IMG/VR virus record: IMGVR_UViG_2648501149_000017
Source: a virus
Lineage: Duplodnaviria; Heunggongvirae; Uroviricota; Caudoviricetes
Reading direction: 5' to 3' (one strand)
DNA: 15,337 bases
Made by a program: the position numbers and the translations under genes
Shown: positions 1-8,576 of the stretch, piece by piece
Numbering within the stretch: position 1 is the stretch's first letter
Layout of the letters: every line of letters starts with the position of its first letter
The notes under the pieces: model-generated
What the model was told of the DNA's origin: nothing
Databases searched by the model: none
Seen by the model: the letters and a program-made list of their open reading frames with translations, nothing else

Positions 1-1254
1 ATGCTGGAACAAATGGGCATTGCCGCGAAGCAAGCCTCGTATAAATTAGCGCAACTCTCCAGCCGCGAAAAAAATCGTGTGCTGGAAAAAATCGCCGATG
101 AACTGGAAGCACAAAGCGAAAGTATCCTCAACGCTAACGCGCAGGATGTTGCAGACGCGCGTGCCAATGGCCTTAGCGAAGCGATGCTTGACCGTCTGGC
201 ACTGACGCCCGCACGGCTGAAAGACATTGCCGACGATGTGCGCCAGGTGTGCAATCTCGCCGATCCGGTAGGGCAGGTAATCGATGGCGGCGTACTGGAC
301 AGCGGCCTGCGTCTTGAGCGTCGTCGCGTACCGCTGGGGGTGATTGGCGTGATTTATGAAGCGCGCCCGAACGTGACGGTTGATGTTGCTTCCCTGTGCC
401 TGAAAACCGGTAACGCGGTGATCCTGCGCGGCGGCAAAGAAACCTGTCGCACTAACGCTGCAACGGTAGCGGTGATTCAGGACGCCCTGAAATCCTGCGG
501 CTTACCGGCGGGTGCCGTGCAGGCAATTGATAATCCTGACCGTGCGCTGGTCAGTGAAATGCTGCGTATGGATAAATACATCGACATGCTGATCCCGCGC
601 GGTGGGGCTGGTTTGCATAAACTGTGCCGCGAGCAGTCGACAATCCCGGTGATCACAGGCGGTATAGGCGTATGCCATATTTACGTTGATGAAAGCGCAG
701 AGATCGCTGAAGCATTAAAAGTGATCGTCAACGCGAAAACTCAGCGACCGAGCACATGTAATACGGTAGAAACGTTGCTGGTAAATAAAAACATCGCAGA
801 TAGCTTCCTGCCCGCATTAAGCAAACAAATGGCGGAAAGCGGCGTGACGTTACACGCTGATGCAGCCGCGCTGGCGCAGTTGCAGGCAGGCCCCGCGAAG
901 GTGGTGGCTGTTAAAGCCGAAGAGTATGACGATGAGTTTCTGTCATTAGATTTGAACGTCAAAATCGTTAGCGATCTGGATGACGCCATTGCCCATATTC
1001 GTGAACACGGCACGCAACACTCCGATGCGATCCTGACCCGCGATATGCGCAACGCCCAGCGTTTTGTTAACGAAGTGGATTCCTCCGCTGTTTACGTTAA
1101 CGCCTCTACGCGTTTTACCGACGGCGGCCAGTTTGGACTGGGGGCGGAAGTTGCGGTAAGCACACAAAAACTCCACGCGCGCGGCCCAATGGGGCTGGAA
1201 GCACTGACCACTTATAAGTGGATCGGCATTGGTGATTACACCATTCGTGCGTAA
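1..1254 (+). CDS. proA: gamma-glutamyl phosphate reductase (glutamate-5-semialdehyde dehydrogenase), complete
   Basis: 417-aa ORF starting [16 protein letters not shown] and ending GIGDYTIRA; I recognise it as enterobacterial ProA by length and sequence. thrW lies immediately downstream, as in E. coli. Confidence 0.96.
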   Translation: MLEQMGIAAKQASYKLAQLSSREKNRVLEKIADELEAQSESILNANAQDVADARANGLSEAMLDRLALTPARLKDIADDVRQVCNLADPVGQVIDGGVLDSGLRLERRRVPLGVIGVIYEARPNVTVDVASLCLKTGNAVILRGGKETCRTNAATVAVIQDALKSCGLPAGAVQAIDNPDRALVSEMLRMDKYIDMLIPRGGAGLHKLCREQSTIPVITGGIGVCHIYVDESAEIAEALKVIVNAKTQRPSTCNTVETLLVNKNIADSFLPALSKQMAESGVTLHADAAALAQLQAGPAKVVAVKAEEYDDEFLSLDLNVKIVSDLDDAIAHIREHGTQHSDAILTRDMRNAQRFVNEVDSSAVYVNASTRFTDGGQFGLGAEVAVSTQKLHARGPMGLEALTTYKWIGIGDYTIRA

Positions 1255-1368
1255 ATAAAACCGGGTGATGCAAAAGTAGCCATTTGATTCACAAGGCCAT
1301 TGACGCATCGCCCGGTTAGTTTTAACCTTGTCCACCGTGATTCACGTTCGTGAACATGTCCTTTCAGG

Positions 1369-1444
1369 GCCGATATAGCTCAGTTGGTAGAGCAGCGCAT
1401 TCGTAATGCGAAGGTCGTAGGTTCGACTCCTATTATCGGCACCA
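1369..1444 (+). tRNA. thrW: tRNA-Thr (anticodon CGU)
   Basis: 76-nt sequence GCCGATATAGCTCAGTTGGTAGAGCAGCGCATTCGTAATGCGAAGGTCGTAGGTTCGACTCCTATTATCGGCACCA with cloverleaf arms, anticodon loop TTCGTAA and 3' CCA; sits downstream of proA as thrW does in E. coli. Confidence 0.93.
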
Positions 1445-1445
1445 T
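1427..1445 (+). repeat. attL core: 19-bp direct repeat (CTCCTATTATCGGCACCAT) formed by the tRNA 3' end
   Basis: Identical 19-mer recurs at 13848-13866; typical of tRNA-targeted integration by P4-type integrases. Confidence 0.8.
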
Positions 1446-1608
1446 CACCTAGTTTTCCCAAGTCAACCCACATCAACAAAATCATTTAAAAACATATATA
1501 TTACGTTATTTTCATACGTTTGAGGTCAACCCTTGTCTCTTGAAATCAACACGCGGTTGGGGGCACAATCAGGGGCATGTTCTGTTCGGTCTAGGAAATG
1601 TGCCCCCA

Positions 1609-2799
1609 ATGATGCTGAATGCCCGCAAGGTTGAAGCTGCGAAAGGAAAAGAGAAGAGCTACAAGCTGTTTGATGGAGGTGGCCTATACCTTCAGGTCGA
1701 ACCTAATGGCTCGCGTTACTGGCGTATGAAATACCGTTTTGCTGGTAAAGAGAAACGATTGTCCTTTGGTGTTTATCCAACAGTCACACTTGCTGATGCC
1801 AGACAAAAACGAGAAGACGCGAAGAAACTACTCGCAGCAGGTGAAGATCCCGGCGAAGTCAAAAAAGCCAAAAAGCAGGCTTTAAATGCAGCGATTGAGA
1901 CACTTAACCCATTCAGAGAAGTGGCGTTAGAGTGGCACAAAATGAAATCACCCAAATGGTCTGAGGGCTATGCTTCCGACATCATTGAGGCATTCGAGAA
2001 AGACATTTTCCCGCATATTGGGCACAGACCTATAGCTGATATTCAGCCCCTTGAACTGCTTGAAGTTCTGAGGTTGATAGAAGCTCGAGGCGCTATGGAG
2101 AAAGCGAAGAAAGTCCGTCAGCGATGCGGTGAAGTTTTTCGCTATGCCATCGTAACGGGTAGGGCAATCTACAATCCGGCACCGGATCTTGCCAGTGCGA
2201 TGCAAGGACATGAAGCAGTCCACTATCCATTCCTCAAAGCCAACGAACTACCGGAGTTCTTTAATGCCCTTAATTCTTATTCAGGAAGTCCAATTGTATT
2301 GTTGGGGGCGCATTTACTTATCCTGACAGGTCTACGAACTGGAGAACTACGAGCAGGTGAGTGGCGAGAGGTGGATTTTGATAATGCGGTGTGGGAGATC
2401 CCAAAAGAACGTATGAAAATGCGTAGGAGCCATATTGTCCCGTTGTCAAAACAAGCATTATCCCATCTCAAAAGTTTGAAAGAACTAACTGGGAACTACC
2501 CGCTGATGTTCCCTGGACGCAACGATCCTAGCAAATTTATGAGTGAAGCAAGCATTAATCAGGTGTTTAAACGTATTGGATATGCAGGGCGTGTTACGGG
2601 GCATGGTTTCAGGCATACGATGAGTACAATCCTACATGAGAAAGGATTTAACAGCGCTTGGATTGAAACCCAGCTTGCTCATTCGGACAAAAACTCTATT
2701 CGTGGAATTTATAACCATGCCCAATATCTCGAAGGGAGAAGAGAAATGATGCAATGGTATGCTAATTATTTATCTGAGCTAATTGGTACTCATAAATGA
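1609..2799 (+). CDS. int: P4-type tyrosine integrase
   Basis: N-terminal arm-binding-type region (KEKSYKLFDGGGLYLQVEPNGSRYWRMKYRFAGKEKRLSFGVYP) and C-terminal catalytic region with HGFRHT and a YNHAQY tyrosine segment. The listed ORF starts at a TTG at 1540; first ATG is at 1609 (tandem ATG ATG), which I take as the start. Confidence 0.92.
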   Translation: MMLNARKVEAAKGKEKSYKLFDGGGLYLQVEPNGSRYWRMKYRFAGKEKRLSFGVYPTVTLADARQKREDAKKLLAAGEDPGEVKKAKKQALNAAIETLNPFREVALEWHKMKSPKWSEGYASDIIEAFEKDIFPHIGHRPIADIQPLELLEVLRLIEARGAMEKAKKVRQRCGEVFRYAIVTGRAIYNPAPDLASAMQGHEAVHYPFLKANELPEFFNALNSYSGSPIVLLGAHLLILTGLRTGELRAGEWREVDFDNAVWEIPKERMKMRRSHIVPLSKQALSHLKSLKELTGNYPLMFPGRNDPSKFMSEASINQVFKRIGYAGRVTGHGFRHTMSTILHEKGFNSAWIETQLAHSDKNSIRGIYNHAQYLEGRREMMQWYANYLSELIGTHK

Positions 2800-3620
2800 A
2801 TATTTTAAAAATTAATAATACTGATTCTCTGCTCAGAGATTACTACCAGTTGGATGAAGCTTCAGAAAAAATTGGTTGTAGTGAAAAGGATATACTCTGG
2901 TTTGCCAGAGAACGAGATGTAGAGCTATGCATGGAATTCCATGATGATGAGTATGATGTTTCATGTGGTTTGAAGATTGATGGTCAAATGGATGAGTTCT
3001 TATCTAATCTGAAATATTTACCACGAGATAGAAATGGCAATATTATGTTGTCAGACTTAAGTTCTATAAGAATCCCTGATGAAGATAATTTAATTGATAA
3101 AAATGGTTTTATTCGATGTTTCATATCCGGTTTATGGGCTGTTGATTATGAATATAAAGATCTGTTAGTTAAGCATGAGGGGCAACCGGATTCTTGGCCT
3201 ATTCATTTTCTACTGGCGGGTACGCCTAATATAAATTGTAAGGTAATTCTTTATGTAAATTATGATGAAAAAGAAAATTATTATCTTTTTGAGGTTTTGT
3301 GGATTACAAAGGTACAGATTCAAAAATTCATTGATATAGTCTTATGCGAACAAAAGCGGATAAAAAACGCCAATAAATATAAATCACAATCTGAGGCGCA
3401 AAAACAAAAACATGCTGTTCCTCGAGCTGAAATACTCATGGCTATTATTTCGCTCTATCATCGTGATATGAGGCTAAGAAGAGAGAGTCCAGCAGCGATA
3501 GCTGATTATCTTTTTCAACATGCCAGTGAGTTCTGGCCTAAGACCGGAGAACCGCCTTTGAGCTATGATACTGTTGTTAGTTTGCTACGTAGTTGCATGA
3601 AAAACATTAAGTTTAACTAA
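2796..3620 (+). CDS. hypothetical protein (AT-rich, unknown function)
   Basis: 274-aa ORF whose ATG overlaps the integrase stop (ATGA), suggesting translational coupling; base composition is visibly more AT-rich than neighbouring core genes. No family recognised. Confidence 0.6.
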   Translation: MNILKINNTDSLLRDYYQLDEASEKIGCSEKDILWFARERDVELCMEFHDDEYDVSCGLKIDGQMDEFLSNLKYLPRDRNGNIMLSDLSSIRIPDEDNLIDKNGFIRCFISGLWAVDYEYKDLLVKHEGQPDSWPIHFLLAGTPNINCKVILYVNYDEKENYYLFEVLWITKVQIQKFIDIVLCEQKRIKNANKYKSQSEAQKQKHAVPRAEILMAIISLYHRDMRLRRESPAAIADYLFQHASEFWPKTGEPPLSYDTVVSLLRSCMKNIKFN

Positions 3621-3745
3621 ATATTAACAATTATTGTGGCTAATGATTTTGGATTTTTTTCATTAGTCACATTTTTCTCATTTATAACCTATGTTTTAAT
3701 TTTCCGTGTTGAAGCCAATAGACTTAGATAAACGGAGAATGATGA

Positions 3746-4036
3746 ATGTTATCTAAACATGATAATACTACTTTGCAACGACCTTCAATGGATTCTCTGA
3801 TCGATATGAAGTTTATTACTTCCGATTGTTTATTAAGTGATAAATGGATTTATCGATTGATTTCTCTGAATCGCTTTCCAAAACCTATAAAAATAGGTCG
3901 GATGTCACGATGGCGCGCTGCTGATTATTATAAGTGGCGAGATGGGTTTGAAGAAAACTCAGGTCAACATTTTGAGGGAATGAGAAATAAGGCAAGAGCA
4001 ATTAATAAAGGGAATAGATTATCACCTACTCCCTAA
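3746..4036 (+). CDS. alpA: AlpA-family (prophage CP4-57 regulatory protein-like) HTH transcriptional regulator / excision regulator
   Basis: Motif LLSDKWIYRLISLNRFPKPIKIGRMSRWRAADYYKW resembles the AlpA HTH signature (RFPKP.K.G ... W); RBS ACGGAG upstream. An internal ATG at 3788 is an alternative start. Confidence 0.78.
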   Translation: MLSKHDNTTLQRPSMDSLIDMKFITSDCLLSDKWIYRLISLNRFPKPIKIGRMSRWRAADYYKWRDGFEENSGQHFEGMRNKARAINKGNRLSPTP

Positions 4037-4068
4037 GCCTTAATTGATAGTTAGTAATATTTAACTGA

Positions 4069-4242
4069 TTAGCCTTTAGGGTCAATCCCGCGTGATTGGA
4101 GTTCTTTGCGTAAAATTCTTTTAATCCAAGTTGCCAACGCGCTATCTCCATCTTTGCGCATTTCGTTTTCGAGTTGCAACCTAAAATCGTCGGTAAGACG
4201 CATTTGGAATGGTGGAGAACGTTTCTCTTGTGGTGTTGACAT
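4069..4242 (-). CDS. Arc/MetJ-type ribbon-helix-helix DNA-binding protein (57 aa); not in the ORF track
   Basis: Minus-strand translation: MSTPQEKRSPPFQMRLTDDFRLQLENEMRKDGDSALATWIKRILRKELQSRGIDPKG; pattern of an N-terminal beta-strand (FQMRLTDDF) followed by two helices is Arc-like. Start codon overlaps a palindromic repeat. Confidence 0.65.
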   Translation of the reverse strand: MSTPQEKRSPPFQMRLTDDFRLQLENEMRKDGDSALATWIKRILRKELQSRGIDPKG

Positions 4243-4282
4243 GGTAATTACCCTAGAATATGATGACTACATGGTAATTACC
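4243..4282. promoter_or_regulatory. Two copies of the 10-bp perfect palindrome GGTAATTACC (4243-4252 and 4273-4282), each preceded by CAT; candidate operator
   Basis: Seen directly: CATGGTAATTACC occurs twice 30 bp apart, at the start codon and in the upstream region of the Arc-like gene, inside the divergent region shared with the icd-like operon. Confidence 0.5.
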
Positions 4283-4310
4283 ATTGTAAGTATAGTTCGC
4301 TTGTAAAAGC

Positions 4311-4345
4311 AATGCCCGATTGTGCGGGAACACAAATCGGGCATT
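4311..4345 (+). other. Perfect 11-bp inverted repeat (AATGCCCGATT / AATCGGGCATT) with 13-nt loop in the leader upstream of the icd-like gene
   Basis: Seen directly; lies 29 bp upstream of the ATG at 4374. No T-run follows, so not a classical intrinsic terminator; could be an operator or RNA structure. Confidence 0.45.
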
Positions 4346-4373
4346 TAACCAACCGTTATAAGAGGTAACGAAG

Positions 4374-4550
4374 ATGGCTAAACAGAAGTGTACCTGGTTA
4401 TTTGCGGCGATCAACCGCAGTCAACGCAATGCCTGTCCTGTGATGTTAAGGATCACCGCAGATAACGAGCGGTCAGCGCGGCGCAGACTTGCCCCGGACT
4501 ATGTACTGAGCTTTGCCGGGCGCATTCCCTGCGGAGGTGAACATGCGTAA
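4374..4550 (+). CDS. Icd-like host cell division inhibitor (58 aa); not in the ORF track
   Basis: Translation MAKQKCTWLFAAINRSQRNACPVMLRITADNERSARRRLAPDYVLSFAGRIPCGGEHA; the W.FAA ... RR.LAP ... LSFA.R.P pattern matches my recollection of P4 Kil/Icd-like proteins. RBS AGAGG upstream; stop overlaps the next ORF start. Confidence 0.65.
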   Translation: MAKQKCTWLFAAINRSQRNACPVMLRITADNERSARRRLAPDYVLSFAGRIPCGGEHA

Positions 4551-4902
4551 TTATCCGCACCCCGGCGAACGCTGGCAGCATGAACGTGGCTGGACGGTCA
4601 CGATTATCCGATTAATAGAAGCCTCGCCCTCTGTGGCGCTGGTTAATCCTGAATTCAGCTGTGAAGTGCTGATACGTCATGACAGCGACAACCAGCTTTC
4701 TTCCTGCCCTCTGGCATGGTTTGAACAGCGGTATACGCGCCTGTTTGATGTACCGCTCTTTAAGCCTGCACCAGCTCCTGCAGGCGGTAGTGGTTCCGGC
4801 CCGCTGACACTGCATCCGTCTGTGCTATTTATCCGCTGGCGGGAGCGTAGCATATGGCGTTCTGCTGAGCCTGACGACGGTCACTATTCAAAGTTTCTCT
4901 GA
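4543..4902 (+). CDS. hypothetical protein
   Basis: ORF with GGAGG RBS and ATG at 4543 (the listed ORF begins at an upstream TTG, 4513); contains a Pro/Gly/Ser-rich linker (KPAPAPAGGSGSGP). Family not recognised. Confidence 0.6.
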   Translation: MRNYPHPGERWQHERGWTVTIIRLIEASPSVALVNPEFSCEVLIRHDSDNQLSSCPLAWFEQRYTRLFDVPLFKPAPAPAGGSGSGPLTLHPSVLFIRWRERSIWRSAEPDDGHYSKFL

Positions 4903-4933
4903 CAAAATACCGCTGAAAACGGAGTAATCCACG

Positions 4934-5218
4934 ATGAATATTTCAAACGGGCACAACGGTGCTCAGGGCCACACTTTGCCTGAAAAACACAATACCGGTG
5001 CTTTTGCCTATGGGTTGTCAGAGGACAGTTTCGGAAAGCTGACCCGCGCAAGAAATGCCTGCGACATGCTCCAGCTTCTCTTTTCTGAATACCCGTCTCA
5101 GGCCGGAGCACTGGACGCTGGCTGTGCGCATGGTGTCGCCGCGCTGATGGAGTACCTGCTGGCAGATTTGACGGATATTGCACACAGTTGCGCACTGATT
5201 GAAGGAGGTGCCAGATGA
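4934..5218 (+). CDS. hypothetical protein
   Basis: 94-aa ORF with GGAG RBS; stop overlaps the next start (ATGA). No recognisable motif. Confidence 0.55.
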   Translation: MNISNGHNGAQGHTLPEKHNTGAFAYGLSEDSFGKLTRARNACDMLQLLFSEYPSQAGALDAGCAHGVAALMEYLLADLTDIAHSCALIEGGAR

Positions 5219-5598
5219 ACCAGCCGCAGGTTTCCATTTTCCCGGCAGAAATGACCACCGCGCTTTACCGGCGGGCTATTGCTTCAGCATGGCGGCAGAA
5301 AATGCTGAACGAAACTGGCAGTGATCAGTATGGTCCGCACAGCCTGACGGTGGAGCGTATTGAAATGGCCATTGCGCTGCATATCGAGTGCGTACTGATT
5401 AACGAGTACGGCGAAGTGCAGGGCGCCGCTACCGCGCTGGCACTGCTGACTGACATGCTGGAGCCGTCACTGCTGACCGCGCCGCCGGTACTGACCGCGC
5501 GCGGCTGTGAAGTGATGGCGGAGATGTACCGCACGCTTCCGGCGGCCTTTGATGACTTCTGCAGTACCGGTGTGACGTTGTATGAGGGGGAAGTATGA
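5215..5598 (+). CDS. hypothetical protein
   Basis: 127-aa ORF with AGGAGG RBS; translationally coupled on both sides (ATGA overlaps). Confidence 0.6.
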   Translation: MNQPQVSIFPAEMTTALYRRAIASAWRQKMLNETGSDQYGPHSLTVERIEMAIALHIECVLINEYGEVQGAATALALLTDMLEPSLLTAPPVLTARGCEVMAEMYRTLPAAFDDFCSTGVTLYEGEV

Positions 5599-8267
5599 CA
5601 ATACGGACGGTTACGCAGATTTCAGCCGCCGCACGGGGGAAATGGCCTGTTATTCTGCAGATGCTGCGTATTGATGTACCTGAAAACGGCAGGCACGGTC
5701 CCTGCCCGAAATGTGGGGGCAAGGATCGTTTTCGCCTTGATGACCTTGACGGGCGCGGGACGTGGATCTGCAGCCAGTGTGGCAATGGTGACGGTCTGGA
5801 TCTGGTTAAGCTCGTAACCGGTTACAGCGTCAGAAAGGCTGCGCAGGAGGTGGCGCAGGTGCTTAATGTGCCGGATGTGCAGGAACTGCCTGTTAAGCCT
5901 GCCAGACAAAAAGCCCCTAAACGAGACATGGGTCTTACCGTGGCGGCGCTGATGAAAGAGAGCCACACGGGAGAAAGTGCCTATCTGACAGGAAAAGGGT
6001 TCGCCGGATACCCGGCCTCTCTGACCGGAAGCGTGCAGCATATCAGCGGTAAGGATTTTCCTGCCGGTTCCCTGCTGTTACCACTCACGACCAACACCGG
6101 AGCCGTGACCGGTGCACAGCTTATCGCCCCGACGGGTGAAAAAAGCATACTGCCCGGCAGCACGATGAAAGGCGCGTTTGTGTCGCTCAGCCCGTTACCG
6201 TCTGAACCACCGGTACAGGTGGTGATTACCGAAGGTTACGCTACGGCGCTGACGGTAAGCCAGCTCACTGCCGGATGCGTAGTGGCTGCCATATCTGCGG
6301 GCAACCTGCCCAATGTGGCGCAGTCGCTGCGGGCACGCTGGCCTGAGGTAAAAATTATCATCGCCGGTGATAACGATTTTCAGGACGGGGGGGAGAATCC
6401 CGGCAGAGCCTTTGCTGAACGGGCGGCAAAAGCTGTTGGCGGCTGGATGACGCTGCCACCAGGAGAGATTAAGGCTGACTGGAATGACTTTCATCGGGAG
6501 CACGGTATTACCCGTGCCCGTGAAGCCTTTCGCAACGGTCTGGTACTGTGCGGGGAAGGCCGCACGCAACTGCCGCACGGGTTCCGTCTTACCCAGGAAT
6601 ATCTCTGGTATGAAAAGCAGGTACAGCGCAACGGTGAGACGGAGATCCAGAACGTCAAAATATGCAGCCCGCTGCGCGTGACGGCAATTACCTGCGATGC
6701 CGATGGCGGTAACTTCGGACGACTGCTGGAATGGGAAGATACGTGGGGTGAGTGTCGCCGCTGGGCGATGCCAATGGAAATGCTGAGCGGCAGTGGTGAG
6801 GAACTGCGCCGGGTACTGCTGGTTAACGGGCTGTCTTATATCAGCACCACCGGTGAGGCACGCGCACGCCTGATGGAATATATCTCACTGTGTAAACCGG
6901 AACGCCGCGTGACCTGCGTCAGTCGTACTGGCTGGCATGGTCAGGTTTACGTCCTGCAGGATGAGGTCAGCGGTGAAGGTGCAGAGGGTGTCATTCTCCA
7001 GACCACTTCCGTGCAGGGGCGTGATTTCCGCGTGTCGGGCACAACAGAGGAATGGCGGGAGCATGTATCCCGCTACTGTACCGGCAACTCCCGCGTGGCA
7101 TTTGCTGTCAGCCTGGCCTTTGCTGCACCACTGTTACGGCTGGTTGGTATGGACGGCGGCGGCTACCACCTCAAAGGGGAATCGACAGACGGTAAGACCA
7201 CCACCATGAAAGCGGCAACCTCCGTCTGCGGCGGGCCTGACTACTGGCAGACATGGCGGGCCACCGGCAACGCGCTGGAGGGATGCGCCAGCCGCCGTAA
7301 CGATGCCGCCATGATGCTTGATGAGATCCGGGAAGTTGACGGACGCGAGGCAGGCAATATCGCCTACATGCTGGCAAACGGTCAGGGCAAGGGCCGTGCC
7401 GGTACGGACGGTGAGCTGCGTACCCGTAAGCAGTGGCGCCTGTTGTTCTTTTCAACTGGCGAGTTGTCTCTGACCGAACATGCGGCAAAGGCCGGTGAGC
7501 GTACTTTTGCCGGGATGGAAGTCAGGATGATCCAGATCCCCAGCGATTCCGGGAAGTTTGGCGTTTTTGAGGAGCTGCACGGCTTCGACAGCGGCAAGGC
7601 TCTGGCAGAGCATCTTGAATGGGCCACGTCCTGCTACTACGGTTCGCCGTTCCGGGAGTGGCTGAAAGCACTGACCGCTGATCTTAACGGACTAACGGCA
7701 CAGGCAAAATCGCTGATGAAGGAATATGCTGCCGCCCTGACTCCGAAAGATGCAGGCAATCAGGTGGGCCGGGCTGTGAACCGCTTTGCACTGGTGGCGA
7801 TGGCAGGTGAACTGGCAACCCGTCTGGGTATCACCGGCTGGCCTGAGGGTGAAGCACTGCGGGCAACCCGCGTCTGCCTGAACGCATGGCTGAAAGATCG
7901 CGGGCACACCGCCAATCAGGAAGATATCGCCGCACTGGAGCAGGTTCGCAGTTTCTTTACCGCGAATCAGTACAGCCGCTTTGCAGACTGGTATGACGAG
8001 CGCAACCGCCCCGGCAATATGGTGGGCTGGCGCAGGGTGGAGAAAGGCAGTACCGCGCAGGGCACGGAAGCTGTCACTACGTTCTATGTCATGCCGTCCG
8101 GCTGGAAAGAAATCTGCAGGGGATTTGACCCGCGCAAGGTGGCGCGTCTGTGCGCAGATCGTGGATACCTGCTGCCCTCCACTGATGGCAAACTCCAGAC
8201 AACCATTCGCCCGCCAGAGATGAATCCCCGCAGGCTCTATGTCTTCAACAGCGAGGTGCCGGGTTAA
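5595..8267 (+). CDS. P4 alpha-type bifunctional DNA primase / P-loop NTPase (helicase-like)
   Basis: N-terminal zinc ribbon (CPKCGG ... CSQCG), TOPRIM motifs (ITEGYATAL ... IAGDND), then a P-loop domain with Walker A-like GESTDGKTT and Walker B-like MMLDE. Confidence 0.92.
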   Translation: MTIRTVTQISAAARGKWPVILQMLRIDVPENGRHGPCPKCGGKDRFRLDDLDGRGTWICSQCGNGDGLDLVKLVTGYSVRKAAQEVAQVLNVPDVQELPVKPARQKAPKRDMGLTVAALMKESHTGESAYLTGKGFAGYPASLTGSVQHISGKDFPAGSLLLPLTTNTGAVTGAQLIAPTGEKSILPGSTMKGAFVSLSPLPSEPPVQVVITEGYATALTVSQLTAGCVVAAISAGNLPNVAQSLRARWPEVKIIIAGDNDFQDGGENPGRAFAERAAKAVGGWMTLPPGEIKADWNDFHREHGITRAREAFRNGLVLCGEGRTQLPHGFRLTQEYLWYEKQVQRNGETEIQNVKICSPLRVTAITCDADGGNFGRLLEWEDTWGECRRWAMPMEMLSGSGEELRRVLLVNGLSYISTTGEARARLMEYISLCKPERRVTCVSRTGWHGQVYVLQDEVSGEGAEGVILQTTSVQGRDFRVSGTTEEWREHVSRYCTGNSRVAFAVSLAFAAPLLRLVGMDGGGYHLKGESTDGKTTTMKAATSVCGGPDYWQTWRATGNALEGCASRRNDAAMMLDEIREVDGREAGNIAYMLANGQGKGRAGTDGELRTRKQWRLLFFSTGELSLTEHAAKAGERTFAGMEVRMIQIPSDSGKFGVFEELHGFDSGKALAEHLEWATSCYYGSPFREWLKALTADLNGLTAQAKSLMKEYAAALTPKDAGNQVGRAVNRFALVAMAGELATRLGITGWPEGEALRATRVCLNAWLKDRGHTANQEDIAALEQVRSFFTANQYSRFADWYDERNRPGNMVGWRRVEKGSTAQGTEAVTTFYVMPSGWKEICRGFDPRKVARLCADRGYLLPSTDGKLQTTIRPPEMNPRRLYVFNSEVPG

Positions 8268-8293
8268 GGCTTTGCGTGAGTCTTATTTATTAA

Positions 8294-8488
8294 GGGTAAC
8301 AGGTGAAACAGGTGGAACAACCGTATTTTACAGGGCTGAATCTGTTCCACCTTCTGAAATAGTGAGGTGGAACAGATGTAACGCCAGCCAATCCGCTGTT
8401 CCACCTTGTTACCCGCGATGTTCCACCGGTGCAGTGTATATAAATGCTTTATAAAACAAATGGGTAACACATGTTTCACCTGTTACAC
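8294..8488. repeat. Iteron cluster (putative replication origin, P4 ori/crr-like)
   Basis: At least seven copies in both orientations of TGTTCCACC / TGTTTCACC (8302-8310, 8311-8319, 8343-8351, 8366-8374, 8397-8405, 8419-8427, 8472-8480) plus GGGTAACA / TGTTACCC variants (8294-8301, 8407-8414, 8462-8469, 8481-8488), immediately downstream of the primase gene. Confidence 0.7.
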
Positions 8489-8576
8489 CGCATCAGGGAC
8501 ATAAAGCAGACTGAAACAGAGGGCATTTTTATCTGGCTGGCTTTCATAGCCACGTCTGAATAACCGCAAGCGCCCG

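Noticed and set aside
741-1335. Minus-strand ORFs 741-1052 and 946-1335
   Set aside because: Antisense to the well-supported proA gene; typical spurious ORFs in GC-rich coding sequence.
1540-1608. Upstream extension of the integrase ORF from position 1540
   Set aside because: Position 1540 is a TTG and the extension runs into the att/tRNA-proximal region; the tandem ATGs at 1609 give an N-terminus that matches P4-type integrases.
1773-2471. Minus-strand ORFs 1773-1955, 1948-2223 and 2277-2471
   Set aside because: Antisense within the integrase gene; no independent support.
4106-4306. Plus-strand ORF 4106-4306 (66 aa)
   Set aside because: Overlaps the Arc-like gene on the opposite strand, which has a coherent RHH-like sequence; the plus-strand product has no recognisable features.
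4612-8223. Numerous ORFs overlapping or antisense to the hypothetical trio and the primase gene
   Set aside because: All lie inside or opposite a long, motif-rich coding frame in GC-rich DNA; such ORFs arise by chance and none has an RBS or recognisable motif.
8239-8479. ORFs 8239-8454 (+) and 8264-8479 (-) across the iteron region; also considered a CRISPR array
   Set aside because: The region is dominated by 8-9-bp repeats in both orientations with irregular spacing, which fits an origin, not coding sequence or a CRISPR array.
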